From: Eledone cirrhosa
Taxonomy: Eukaryota
Reading direction: 5' to 3'
DNA: 64,000 bases
Assembly (NCBI GenBank): GCA_964016885.1
Contig: OZ024758.1
Span: 23,870,001 to 23,934,000 of the forward strand
In this document: positions 1 to 11,328 of the stretch, piece by piece
Layout of the letters: every line of letters begins with the position of its first letter
Position numbering within the stretch: the stretch's first letter is position 1
Notes under the pieces: model-generated
What the model saw: only the letters and a program-made list of their open reading frames with translations
The model's database searches: none
Told to the model about the DNA's origin: nothing
Translations under genes and position numbers: made by a program

Positions 1-1335
1 GAGATTTGAACACATCGTTGGTAAGCAATGGTGACCTCGGCGAGATTTGAACTCATCGTTGCTAAGTAATGGTGACCTCGGCGAGATTTGAACACATCGT
101 TGGTAAGCAATGGTGACCTCGGCGAGATTTGAACACATCGCTGGTAAGCAATGGTGACCTCGGCGAGATTTGAACTCATCGCTGGCAAGCAATGGTGACC
201 TCGGCGAGATTTGAACACATCGTTGGTAAGCAATGGTGACCTCGGCGAGATTTGAACACATCGTTGCTAAGCAATGGTGACCTCGGCGAGATTTGAACAC
301 ATCGTCGGTAAGCAATGGTGACCTCGGCGAGATTTGAACACATCGTTGGTAAGCAATGGTGACCTCGGCGAGATTTGAACACATCGTTGGTAAGCAATGG
401 TGACCTCGGTGAGATTTGAACTCATCGCTGGCAAGCAATGGTGACCTCGGCGAGATTTGAACACATCGTTGCTAAGCAATGGTGACCTCGGCGAGATTTG
501 AACACATCGTTGCTAAGCAATGGTGACCTCGGCGAGATTTGAACTCATCGCTGGCAAGCAATGGTGACCTCGGCGAGATTTGAACTCATCGCTGGTAAGC
601 AATGGTGACCTCGGCGAGATTTGAACTCATCGCTGGCAAGCAATGGTGACCTCGGTGAGATTTGAACTCATCGCTGGCAAGCAATGGTGACCTCGGCGAG
701 ATTTGAACTCATCGTTGGTAAGCAATGGTGACCTCGGCGAGATTTGAACACATCGTTGGTAAGCAATGGTAACCTCGGCGAGATTTGAACACATCGTTGG
801 TAAGCAATGGTGACCTCGGCGAGATTTGAACACATCGTTGGTAAGTAATGGTGACCTCGGCGAGATTTGAACTCATCGTTGGTAAGCAATGGTGACCTCG
901 GCGAGATTTGAACTCATCGCTGGCAAGCAATGGTGACCTCGGCGAGATTTGAACTCATCGCTGGCAAGCAATGGTGACCTCGGCGAGATTTGAACACATC
1001 GCTGGCAAGCAATGGTGACCTCGGCGAGATTTGAACTCATCGCTGGCAAGCAATGGTGACCTCGGCGAGATTTGAACTCATCGCTGGCAAGCAATGGTGA
1101 CCTCGGCGAGATTTGAACTCATCGCTGGCAAGCAATGGTGACCTCGGCGAGATTTGAACACATCGCTGGTAAGCAATGGTGACCTCGGCGAGATTTGAAC
1201 TCATCGCTGGCAAGCAATGGTGACCTCGGCGAGATTTGAACTCATCGCTGGTAAGCAATGGTGACCTCGGCGAGATTTGAACTCATCGCTGGCAAGCAAT
1301 GGTGACCTCGGCGAGATTTGAACTCATCGCTGGCA
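1..1335. repeat. 41-bp tandem satellite (~32 units), SINE-derived
   Basis: Unit GAGATTTGAAC(A/T)CATCG(T/C)TGG(T/C)AAGCAATGGTGACCTCGGC. Its reverse strand matches the SINE segment GAGTTCAAATCCCGCCGAGGTTAACTTTGCC. Confidence 0.95.
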
Positions 1336-1428
1336 TGCAAGAAAAATCCAGAAATCCCTCATCGGCCATCAAGCGTTTGTCGAGCCAACGGACGCGTCTC
1401 ACAAGTTGTTACATGTTGGATACATGTA

Positions 1429-1548
1429 CAGGGTGGCCCAAAAGTCGCGATACATAGGACATTTTTAAGTTTCCATATTTATTTTGAATAAATTGTTTCT
1501 TATAAAACAATTATTTTTTTTTTATGTATCGCGACTTTTGGGCCAACC
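1429..1548. mobile_element. Tc1/mariner-type MITE, right end eroded
   Basis: TA-CAGGGTGGCCCAAAAGTCGCGATACATA ... TATGTATCGCGACTTTTGGGCCA inverted repeats. Confidence 0.65.
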
Positions 1549-2704
1549 AAAAGGTGGTATCAAATATATTCGTAAAAAATAATTGAAAAAAAAAGCAAAC
1601 AAACAAAACAAAATAGTTTATATCTACTTCATTAAATCCCCCACAACACAGCCAACCATTATAGAACAGAAATAATGTTGTGTACCGCGGTTCAAGTATC
1701 TATTTGTACTAGGTTTATTGAGTGAACCAATCGCACTAGGCTATACAAGCTAGATTATTCTTCAGCATTTCATTACACAATTATTTGTATTATGCAATTA
1801 CGACTTGTTTGCGAATGTTTCTCGCTGTTTTATCCAACAATTCTCTAAAGAATCGACACTTCTAGTTCTCTAACAGCGCGATGACCTTTAAGGTATCAAT
1901 GTTCGTTAAAGAATTGATGAGCTTTTTACAGTTTCACCCCAAACATGCTATAGTTTCGAATTTGTATAACAAGTTACACAGAAAAAATAACAAACAAAAA
2001 CAAAACAAGATAATACAAGATCATAGGTTGGGTTATAATGAAAAGGAATTCAAAGGTAATGAACTAAATTGGTTATAAAGAATGTTTCTTGTCGCCAAGC
2101 GTCTATTTGAGAACATTTAAATTTATTGATTGATTTCATTAATTGGAAAAATCCGAAGGCTATTCATTGGTTAGTTATACTGATGTCGATGGAGACAATG
2201 GCGCTGAAACTATTGAAATAGAAATGACTTTACTAGAAGTCTCTGGTTTTATTTGTAATTCTTTTGCCTGGTTTGTTTCAGCAGCCGGTGAAAAGAGCCA
2301 TTCAGATATATCGATTTTGGTTGAATAAAATTAGCATCATTTCCCACTTGTTATTGTTTGGCCGTATGTAAAATTGTGCAACAATCTTATTAAACACAGC
2401 TTTTAAGGCAAAACAAGACATTTGTCTCAACGGATGTCCAACATTTTACTTAATCATATTGACTTGACAAGTTAAAGATTTTAATCCGTTCAGAGCAATA
2501 CTATTATATATGAACACTGAAATATCTGGAGTTGGAGCGAGTTGTGAGTTTAGAACAAAGCGGTGGATGATAAACACGGTGTACCTATACAAGTGGAAGG
2601 AGACTGTCATATTCTCTCTTCACAGTCAGAACAATATATTTAATCAATGTTATAGACAGGTTGACCAGAATCATCTATAATTAAGATTGGTGAGTTGTCT
2701 TACT

Positions 2705-3035
2705 TCACGTTGTTGGTGGCGAATTAACAGAGTCGTTAGAACGTCAGATAGAGAATACTTTGAGGTATTCATATCAACTCTCAGCACTCTGAGTTCAAAT
2801 CCCACCGAGGTCAAGTTTCCCTTTCATCCATTCAAGGTCGATAAAAAAGTACCAGTCTAGTACTGGGGGTTGATTCTTCCTCTATATCTTTTTCTCCCTT
2901 CATTTCTCTCACTCTGTCTATCGTTCTCTGGAGGAAACCTGCAGTATTCAAACCTGGAAACGAGATGGTCGCCGCCAGGTTTAAAAACCTCCTAGAAACA
3001 CCGTTTGTCAATAGATCACCCCTACGACTGTCAAG
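2705..3035 (+). mobile_element. Older SINE subfamily with an alternative 3' region
   Basis: Box B GAGTTCAAATCC plus a 3' part that recurs on the minus strand at ~32350-32830 and ~36320-36890. Confidence 0.6.
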
Positions 3036-3456
3036 TATTACGGGACCATACATTTGGATTTTGATATGTCCTATCAAACGTTACACTTTCCCTATTCCCC
3101 ACTCTACTACCCTAAGTATCGAGTACTCTGGTAGGCTATGGTCCGTCCGGTATCTTACCACACCCTTCTTTAATTTATAATATATATATATAGAGTCAGG
3201 TCCCCGACAGCTGAGCTCCGACCGTTTCGACAGCTAGCTAGCTATATATATCTATCTATCTATATATATATATCTATATATATATATATATATATTTATT
3301 TATTAAAATAACAGATTAAAGTTTAAACAAAGAATCGCTGCTTTCACCCTTAACAGGATCTTCTGAAACTAAAAAAGTCAAACTGTGAACGCAGAAGTGA
3401 ATATTTCAAAAAACGTTGCAACCGGAGGAAGACAGGAAGACGATACTTTGGTTCGT

Positions 3457-3812
3457 GGAAACGTTTTACGGCCCTTGCCATTCTGAGTTCAAATCCCGCC
3501 GAGGTTAACTTTGCCTTTCATCCTTACGGGGGTCGATAAAATAAAGTACCAGTAATACACTGTGGTATTTACTGGCTTTGTGCCAAAAGTAGAAACAATT
3601 ATTATTATTATTACTATATGGCGGTGGATGGCGGTGGCTTGGCAGTATCGGTAGAGGGTCGGACGCCATGCTTTCCAGCATAGTTACCTCCCTTTACGAT
3701 CTGAGTTCAAATCCCGCCGAGGTTGACTTTGCCTTTCATCCTTACGGGGTCGATAAAATAAAGTACCAGTAATGCACTGGGTAATTGCTGGCCTTGTGCC
3801 TAAAATAGAAAC
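3457..3812 (+). mobile_element. Two tandem tRNA-derived SINEs
   Basis: GGCAGTATCGGTAGAG head, GAGTTCAAATCCCGCC box B, GAAACAATTATT tail. The second copy is flanked by a duplicated ATTATTATTACTATAT. Confidence 0.85.
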
Positions 3813-4110
3813 AATTATTATTACTATATATATATATATGTATACACACACACACGTACATACATACATACATACATGCGATTATATTATGGTGTTATTA
3901 TCAATTCCTTGTATGAGCTATTTTAAACCAAGAAGAGATGTTTACGGATAAAGAAATAATTCATTTTTGAAAACTGAATTAATTGATAAACTAAAATATA
4001 TTGCAACTCCCATCAACCCACACATTCTTATATGTCAATAGCGAAAGAGATTCATTCCTTTGCCAGCTTTCAACATATCACTGAAATATATATATATATA
4101 TATATATATA

Positions 4111-4212
4111 TAGGAACGAGTAGGACCCCGACGGGTGAGCTCAAGCCGTTTCGACAGCTAATTCTGGACTAAATTTAATCCAGAATTAGCTGTCGAAACG
4201 GCTTGAGCTCAG
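4111..4212. mobile_element. Fold-back element, family A (partial)
   Basis: Same palindrome as 4369-4494, next to (TA)n. Confidence 0.75.
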
Positions 4213-4240
4213 AGAGAGAGGAGCAGACAAAAAATTATAT

Positions 4241-4277
<37 letters not shown>

Positions 4278-4368
4278 CAAGCAAAAGGACCGATAAACAC
4301 GAAGAAAAGTAAAAGAGACAGAACGATAGATAGAAAGATATAAAGAAAGATATATAAATATATATATA

Positions 4369-4572
4369 TAGGAACGAGTAGGACCTCGACGGCTGAGCTC
4401 AAGCCGTTTCGACAGCTAATTCTGGACTAAATTTAGTCCAGAATTAGCTGTCGAAACGGCTTGAGCTCAGCCGTCGGGGTCCTACTCGTTCCTATTACCC
4501 ACTCTACTACTCTAAGTATTGAGTACTTTGGTGCGTTATGGTCCACCTGGTTCCTTACCACAGTTCCTTCGT

Positions 4573-4582
<10 letters not shown>
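4369..4582 (+). mobile_element. Fold-back element, family A, with the 3' half of a hammerhead
   Basis: Near-perfect palindrome 4369-4494 centred at 4431/4432; GAAA-CGGCT-TGAGCTC-AGCCG-TC at 4453-4475; unique 3' tail; (TA)n on both sides. Confidence 0.8.
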
Positions 4583-4611
<29 letters not shown>

Positions 4612-4799
4612 TAAAATAACAGATTAAAGTTTAAGCAAAGAATCGCTGCTTTCACCCTTAACGGGATCTTCTGAAACTAAAAAAGTCAATCAATTTATCC
4701 TTATCGAGCCCTCTTTGGATTTTAGTCATCAAATTTATTATTATATATAGAAATGGCTTCTACAGGACAAGAACTGTTTCATTCTGGAGAAATCATCAG

Positions 4800-4850
4800 G
4801 GCTTCCTGATGATTTCTCCCGAATGAAACAGTTCCAGTCCTGTAGAAGCC
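4800..4850 (+). ncRNA. Type I hammerhead ribozyme (family B fold-back element 4745-4940)
   Basis: GGCTTC-CTGATGA-T.TTC.TCCC.GAA.T-GAAA-CAG.TTCCAGTC.CTG-TA-GAAGCC: 6-bp helix I, intact core, GUA triplet. Confidence 0.75.
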
Positions 4851-5281
4851 ATTTCTATATTAAATATTCATACTCTGCTATGTATTGAGTACTTTACTTA
4901 CCAATGTGGTTTCCCCTGATTGAACCTGGAATAAACTTTGTATATATATATATATAAATACAACGGCCTTGTTTCAAGGGGATACCAGGAGACAAGCCCC
5001 CCCCCTCTCTTTTTCAAGCGTCTATGCTATGTTTTATTTTTTGTTTATTTGATATAATAAACTCTTTTTAAGCTTATTTTTTTATATCTGAACTTCATTT
5101 GAATATATAAAATTTAATTAGCGTAAAATTTTACTTATGTAATAGGGTCCAGGAAAGGCACCTTAAGTAATACTGACATGCTCCTTTAAGAATCAATAAA
5201 TATTGGTTTGTCCCCCTCACATTTTAAAGGCAAACGAGGCCCCTGTATGTGTGTATGTATGTATGTATGTATGTATGTATG

Positions 5282-5662
5282 TCAAGGCAGAATTCTAGGA
5301 GAAGGAAAACTCTGATATAACACCTGCAACCCTGATGGTATACAATGATGTTGACTTGTTCTTCTTTTTGGTAAATATCATCTTGGTTAAGAGAGTGGGA
5401 CTGGCTTTGTGCAGTGCCTTTGCTCACTATAAAAGCTTCACGGCACAGGCATTGCTTTATATCTGGAGATCTCTCTGCACTTGTCACATGGTACCATGGG
5501 CCCAGCACTATGTGTCAATAATTGTCACAAGTGTAGTGTTTGTACCAAAGTTTTCAAGTCGCTGGCTTGATTAAAAAGTCACACTCGTTCAGCGCATCGG
5601 TAGGGGTTCTCCTACATGGATATAAAGTAGTGGCCGTACTCGAAAACGAGTTGGCAGTCACC
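5282..5662 (+). mobile_element. Non-autonomous repeat with an RTE-like 5' UTR motif
   Basis: CTAGGAGAAGGAAAACTCTG motif; near-identical copies on the minus strand at ~57925-58140 and ~59628-60038. Confidence 0.6.
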
Positions 5663-5919
5663 ATGTATGTATGTATGTATGTAGTTGATCTTTTCTCTTC
5701 GGGTTATAGCTACTGTCTCTCAGAGAGTGGCATTGGCTCAGTGCACAGTCTTTCCTCACTTTAAAAAATATCTTCATGCACAGGCATTGCACGATAAAAT
5801 TAATTGATAATTATTAATAATGGTATATTGTGCAATGGCCATACTCGATAACGAGGGGGCAGCCATCATCATGTATGTATGTATATTTTGAAACAGCGAT
5901 CGGGTCTGAAACTAGAAAT

Positions 5920-6100
5920 AGAAGCTTTCGCCGTATTTTTAGACTAAAGACATTTTAGCCTGATAGTGGGGTTTAAAACCATCAAAGAAATTGAAAAAGG
6001 GAGTATTGATGTACATTTGTTTCCATCTCTTAGAAGTTTCTAAATCCCACTATCAAGTTAAAATTTCTTTAGTAAAAAAAATACGGCAAAAGTTTCTAAT
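5920..6100. repeat. Imperfect fold-back palindrome
   Basis: GCCGTATTTTT..ACTAAAGA..TGATAGTGGG versus CCCACTATCA..TCTTTAGT..AAAAATACGGC. Confidence 0.7.
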
Positions 6101-6302
6101 TATACATATATATATACACACACTTATGTATATATACACACACTATATATATATATATATATATTGATATATAGTAATGTTTACAAAATTAACCGACGTT
6201 GTGTTGTCTAGCGACGATAGGAGTCCAAGTAAAATTACAATTGTTCTCGCCCCCCTCACTGAAACAAGAAACGAATTCTTGTATCAGAAAGCTTTCTTTT
6301 AA

Positions 6303-6372
<70 letters not shown>

Positions 6373-6380
6373 CACACATA

Positions 6381-6473
6381 CAGGGTGTTCCCAAAACATG
6401 TATATACACTTCAACAGCATTCTAATAAATATTACCTGTAGGTGATCGAAGTATGTATACATTCTTTTGGGAC

Positions 6474-6479
<6 letters not shown>
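6381..6479. mobile_element. ~100-bp Tc1/mariner MITE
   Basis: TIRs CAGGGTGTTCCCAAAA / TTTTGGGACACCCT, TA flanks; same family at 41296-41393 and ~28405-28605. Confidence 0.8.
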
Positions 6480-6507
<28 letters not shown>

Positions 6508-6508
<1 letters not shown>

Positions 6509-6897
6509 GAGGGCAATCCCAAAAGTAAGGTCTCCTTCCGATATTGCAACTTTTCCGTTAAAATCCTGTGGATGGTGCTTCGGGAATCCTCAGGAACCAA
6601 AATGCAGGGAGCATCCAGAGTGATCCGCCGATCTTTACGCATGTTTTCCTCGGAAGGAGACCTTACTTTTGGGATTGCCCTCGTATGTAATAACTGCGCG
6701 AAATTCGCACTTGGCGGTAGTGTTCAACGGGAGCTCCATTCTCAACGGCTGCCAAGTCAAGATTGAGCATCCCAGTGAAGCGCGCGCATGCTTGTTTGGG
6801 AGTGAAGGAAGCACCAATCACAACAGTGTTGCCAACAGCCATACGAACAGTTTCTCTACGTCCCCATCGCTTTGGAGACCTTACTTTTGGGATTACC

Positions 6898-6900
<3 letters not shown>
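6508..6900 (-). mobile_element. Rearranged mariner remnant with three TIRs
   Basis: TIR GAGGG(C/T)AATCCCAAAAGTAAGGTCTCC at 6508-6535, 6656-6683 and 6874-6900. Transposase pieces MELPLNTTAKCEFRAVI (ATG at 6739) and DRRITLD..STIHRILTEKLQYRK. Confidence 0.8.
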
Positions 6901-6934
<34 letters not shown>

Positions 6935-7046
6935 TCTGTGTTTTTCCTCTCTATATTGTATTTTAAAGTGTCCAGGAAAACATTTTCCTTTGAGCTCATT
7001 GAATTACAGGATTATAAGCGAGTCCTTCACTCTGTTATTTTACTTG

Positions 7047-7095
<49 letters not shown>

Positions 7096-7330
7096 ATACT
7101 TTGGGAGGGTCATGTTGCCAATAAGAAACACGCGCACCAGTCGCTTTCACTCAAATTTATTATAAATTAAATTTATAAATTTAAGAAATTTGAGAGAAAG
7201 CAAGATAGGGGGGGGGGAGAAGAAAAAAGAGAAGGGGATGGAGATAGAAAGAGAGATGAAACGAATGTGTTGATGTATATAGAAGTGCCAGCTGAAATGT
7301 CGGTAAGAAAAGAAGTCGACGACAGTTCAT

Positions 7331-7561
7331 TGTGTCTGGTGACCACACTTCTGTGTCTGGTGACCACACTTCTGTGTCTGGTGACCACACTTTTGTGTCT
7401 GGTGACCACACTTTTGTGTCTGGTGACCACACTTTTGTGTCTGGTGACCATACTTTTGTGTCTGGTGACCACACTTCTGTGTCTGGTGACCACACTCCTG
7501 TGTCTGGTGACCACACTTCTGTGTCTGGTGACCATACTTCTGTGTCTGGTGACCACACTTC
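7331..7561. repeat. 21-bp minisatellite (~11 units)
   Basis: TGTGTCTGGTGACCACACTTC repeats. Confidence 0.95.
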
Positions 7562-7707
7562 TCAACACTCATATCTAAACAACAGTCTCTCTCAACTCAA
7601 CTGTCTTTAAGCTAGTCAATTCACGGAGCTAATAATACTTGACTAATTACACAATAGTCAAGCTACTAAGAAATGGGTGAATACAACTTGTGGGGTTAAC
7701 AAGTCAT

Positions 7708-7895
7708 TAGTGGAGTGGCAGTATCGATAGAGAGTCGGACGCCATGCTTTGCAGCAAAGAGTTACAGCCCTTTATGGTCTGAGTTCAAATCCCGCCGAGG
7801 TTAACTTTGCCTTTCATGCTTACAGGGTCGATAAAATAAAGTACCAGTAATGTAGTGAGGGTAATTGCTGGCCTTGTGCCAAAAGTAGAAACAAT
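7708..7895 (+). mobile_element. tRNA-derived SINE
   Basis: Same head, box B and tail as 34137-34322. Confidence 0.85.
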
Positions 7896-7929
7896 TATTG
7901 AACTTATAGCTCCACTGTTAGTGTCTGCT

Positions 7930-8070
7930 GCATTAGTGTCTCCTGTGGGAGCCCCTGCATGGACCCACCTGAAGAGTAAGACCGAAGTTGACATATGTTG
8001 ATGCCCTAAGGACAGACACTGGTCTGTTGGAGACGCAGGACATGGCAGCGAAAATGAGGGACAGAGACCG
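7930..8070 (+). mobile_element. RTE-type LINE 3' fragment
   Basis: Homologous to 17945-18080 ([20 protein letters not shown]). Confidence 0.65.
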
Positions 8071-8084
8071 CACACACACATATA

Positions 8085-8154
<70 letters not shown>

Positions 8155-8483
8155 CTTGTGTGTATATATATATATATGTGTATATATATATATACTTGTG
8201 TATATATATATATATACTTGTGTATATATATATATATACTTATATATATATATATATATATATACATGTGTATATATATATATATATGTGTGTATATATA
8301 TGTATATATATGTGTGTATATATATGTATATATATATATATATAAACATATATATATATATATATATAAAGTAAGTATGCAAAAGGTAAACAGAAATAAC
8401 AGAAATAACAGAAATAACAAAACAAACGGCACAGTACATGGAAGAAATATATTAGTTTAACGCTTGAAATAGCAGGAAAAGAG

Positions 8484-8519
8484 TCTTAACGTTTCGGACA
8501 CTAGTCCTTCATCAGAAGA
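8484..8519 (-). ncRNA. Minimal Penelope-type hammerhead
   Basis: TCTT-CTGATGA-A-GGAC.TAGT.GTCC-GAAA-CG-TT-AAGA; palindromic AACGTT in place of helix III. Confidence 0.7.
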
Positions 8520-8834
8520 TAGATTTAGAAACAGAGGATAAATATAAAGTAAAGAGTGATGAGAGAAAATAAAGGGGGAAATGAGAAACAAATTGGGGAG
8601 AAAAAACACAAAACAACAGACGCGCGTGTTCAGTCGGCCATTATCGAGCCAAGCCTTGTTCCGGAATAAATAATTGTCGATAGTAGAATATCTAATTAAT
8701 TTCACTGTTTTGTGACTTTTAGCTGAGCTAAGTTGGAGGAAAGTAGGGAATGTCATACAATGGAGATCTGAAATTCTGAATTCATTGGTGGATTGGCAGT
8801 ATCGATAGAGCGTGGGACGTGATGAATTGCAACA

Positions 8835-9890
8835 GCAAAAAAGGTACCGGTTGATGGGGAGGACATTGAATTGAGCCATGCGCCGCTGTTTGGTTGCGAG
8901 ACGGAACGGAGGCAGGCGAGACGTAACGGAGGCAGGCGAGACGTAACGGAGGCAGGCGAGACAGAACGGAGGCAGGCGAGACAGAACGGAGGCAGGCGAG
9001 ACGGAACGGAGGCAGGCGAGACGGAACGGAGGCAGGCGAGACGGAACGGAGGCAGGCGAGACGGAACGGAGGCAGGCGAGACGGAACGGAGGCAGGCGAG
9101 ACGGAACGGAGGCAGGCGAGACAGAACGGAGGCAGGCGAGACGGAACGGAGGCAGGCGAGACAGAACGGAGGCAGGCGAGACGGAACGGAGGCAGGCGAG
9201 ACAGAACGGAGGCAGGCGAGACAGAACGGAGGCAGGCGAGACAGAACGGAGGCAGGCGAGACAGAACGGAGGCAGGCGAGACGGAACGGAGGCAGGCGAG
9301 ACGGAACGGAGGCAGGCGAGACAGAACGGAGGCAGGCGAGACAGAACGGAGGCAGGCGAGACGGAACGGAGGCAGGCGAGACAGAACGGAGGCAGGCGAG
9401 ACAGAACGGAGGCAGGCGAGACGGAACGGAGGCAGGCGAGACGGAACGGAGGCAGGCGAGACGTAACGGAGGCAGGCGAGACGTAACGGAGGCAGGCGAG
9501 ACGGAACGGAGGCAGGCGAGACGGAACGGAGGCAGGCGAGACGGAACGGAGGCAGGCGAGACGGAACGGAGGCAGGCGAGACGGTTCTGGCTGGTCTAAG
9601 GAAGACTCAATCAACCTGAAGGTAGACCTGTATTTGATATCGTCCTAGTTACGTTGGATACATATATGAATACTGGGGGACGGTGAGAGCTTCGTCTGTC
9701 GGTCCAATCGACCAGAGCTGACTCCAGTTCTTGGATCACGTCAGGTTCTGCCGTTTTGCAGAGGCCCTCGATAATGAGAGGGTGCGGCTGGAGGAGATTA
9801 AGTAGAGATGGGATGGCAGTGTCAGGTCAGAAATAAATCGGAGACTGGGGCCACCGTATTTCACAGGGCGTTTCAACCGGCGCTGGTAGA
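8835..9890 (-). mobile_element. Degraded CRE-type (RLE) non-LTR retrotransposon fragment, split by a 20-bp array
   Basis: Minus-strand peptides RPVKYGGPSLRFISDLTLP (~9870-9810) and RLACLRSVSQPNSGAWLNSMSSPSTGTFL resemble the LPV.GGLG and SGAWL motifs I recall from CRE-like ORFs. Confidence 0.6.
8898..9584. repeat. 20-bp minisatellite (~34 units)
   Basis: GAGAC(G/A)(G/T)AACGGAGGCAGGC repeats. Confidence 0.95.
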
Positions 9891-9924
9891 ATTCACCCAC
9901 AAAAACTTAAAAAAAAAAAAAACC

Positions 9925-10024
9925 CAAGTCACATCAGAAGCGACCGTCTCCAATTGATCCTGATGAATCCCCAAGCGAGACCAGGCAAGCTCATGGATGT
10001 TATCCGACCATCTTACTCGGGGTC

Positions 10025-10025
<1 letters not shown>
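9925..10025 (-). mobile_element. RTE-type LINE 3' fragment
   Basis: RPRVRWSDNIHELAWSRLGI resembles the RTE C-terminal GRP..RW.D motif. Confidence 0.55.
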
Positions 10026-10084
<59 letters not shown>

Positions 10085-10246
10085 TGTGTGTGCGTGTGTA
10101 TAGAAGTTTTGAGGAGTTAGATCGCTTTAACGGAAGAGGCAGAAACGCCAACGTAATTTTCTGATCAAGCTGTTTATAAACTGCTCAACGTAAGCTAAAT
10201 CACATGGGTGAGAAATATGCTACGAAGCACATCATATTAATTTGTT

Positions 10247-10428
10247 GTGGATTGGCAGTATCGGTAGAGGGTCGGACGCCATGCTTTCCAGCATAGTTAC
10301 CTCCCTTTACGATCTGAGTTCAAATCCTGCCGAGGTTGACTTTGCCTTTCATCCTTACGGGGGTCGATAAAATAAAGTACCAGTAATGCACTGGGTAATT
10401 GCTGGCCTTGTGCCTAAAGTAGAAGCAA
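10247..10428 (+). mobile_element. tRNA-derived SINE with TSD
   Basis: ATTAATTTGTT duplicated on both sides. Confidence 0.85.
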
Positions 10429-10667
10429 TTAATTTGTTCATATGAAGGCTTCACCCATAGAACAAACATGGGGATATCAGAGAAAAATAAGTAGTGAAGT
10501 GTAAGTGCACTGTAACTGCACTCAAATGACCAAGTTGCATATATGCATTGTACACCGGCAGGTAATCGTCATTCTCCATTATCGTGAAGTATAGTTGCGT
10601 CATGTTTGAAATAAAGGTAGATCATCTATCTTCTTATCTGTGAAACGTAGTTACATCATGTTAATAT

Positions 10668-10704
<37 letters not shown>

Positions 10705-10845
10705 CACACACACATATATATACACACATATATACACACACATATATATATACACACATATATATATACACACACATATATATACACACATATATATATA
10801 CACACACATATATATACACACATATATATATACACACACACACAC

Positions 10846-10883
<38 letters not shown>

Positions 10884-10984
10884 CACACCAAAATTATATT
10901 AAAGATGTCGTCAGAGAATATCAGAATCATGCGCCATACCACCAAGTAGTAAATCCGAGCATTTATATTAAATCAAAAGTAGGA

Positions 10985-11020
<36 letters not shown>

Positions 11021-11285
11021 CCGGAAAAAATGAAACGATATTTCATTTCCCACTCTTAGTACGGCTGTTACTTAAATATAAGTATGTACACGTACATACA
11101 TATATGTATACCGACGTACAGTAGTATGTATATATATATATACATACATGCACACATATATATATGCACGTATGGATTCACCGAACATTTATTATAATGC
11201 TCGGTGTGTTTGTAAACAAACATCCCGTATTAAGCCGTAGTGTCTAGCAACCACCGTTGCTCGTTTGTTCAACACTGACAAAGGA

Positions 11286-11328
11286 ACGCTGTACTAGTTT
11301 CAAGCTTGTTAGCTATCGTCAGCAACGT
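11286..11328 (-). ncRNA. Type I hammerhead ribozyme, unit 1
   Basis: ACGTTG-CTGACGA-T.AGCT.AACA.AGCT.T-GAAA-CTAG-TA-CAGCGT. Confidence 0.85.

Noticed and set aside
1-1335. CRISPR-like appearance of the regular repeats (also 20738-22947 and 26184-26512)
   Set aside because: No unique spacers, no cas genes, eukaryotic context.
3300-3380. Hammerhead in the repeat shared with 4607-4690
   Set aside because: Core reads CTGTTAA/CCGTTAA and helix I is not evident; kept only as a dispersed repeat.
7300-7570. 21-bp unit as an amplified hammerhead helix II
   Set aside because: The unit forms a small hairpin, but the flanks lack CUGANGA and GAAA.
8457-9614. 385-aa ORF as a host gene
   Set aside because: Made of the 20-bp array plus fragments of unrelated repeats.
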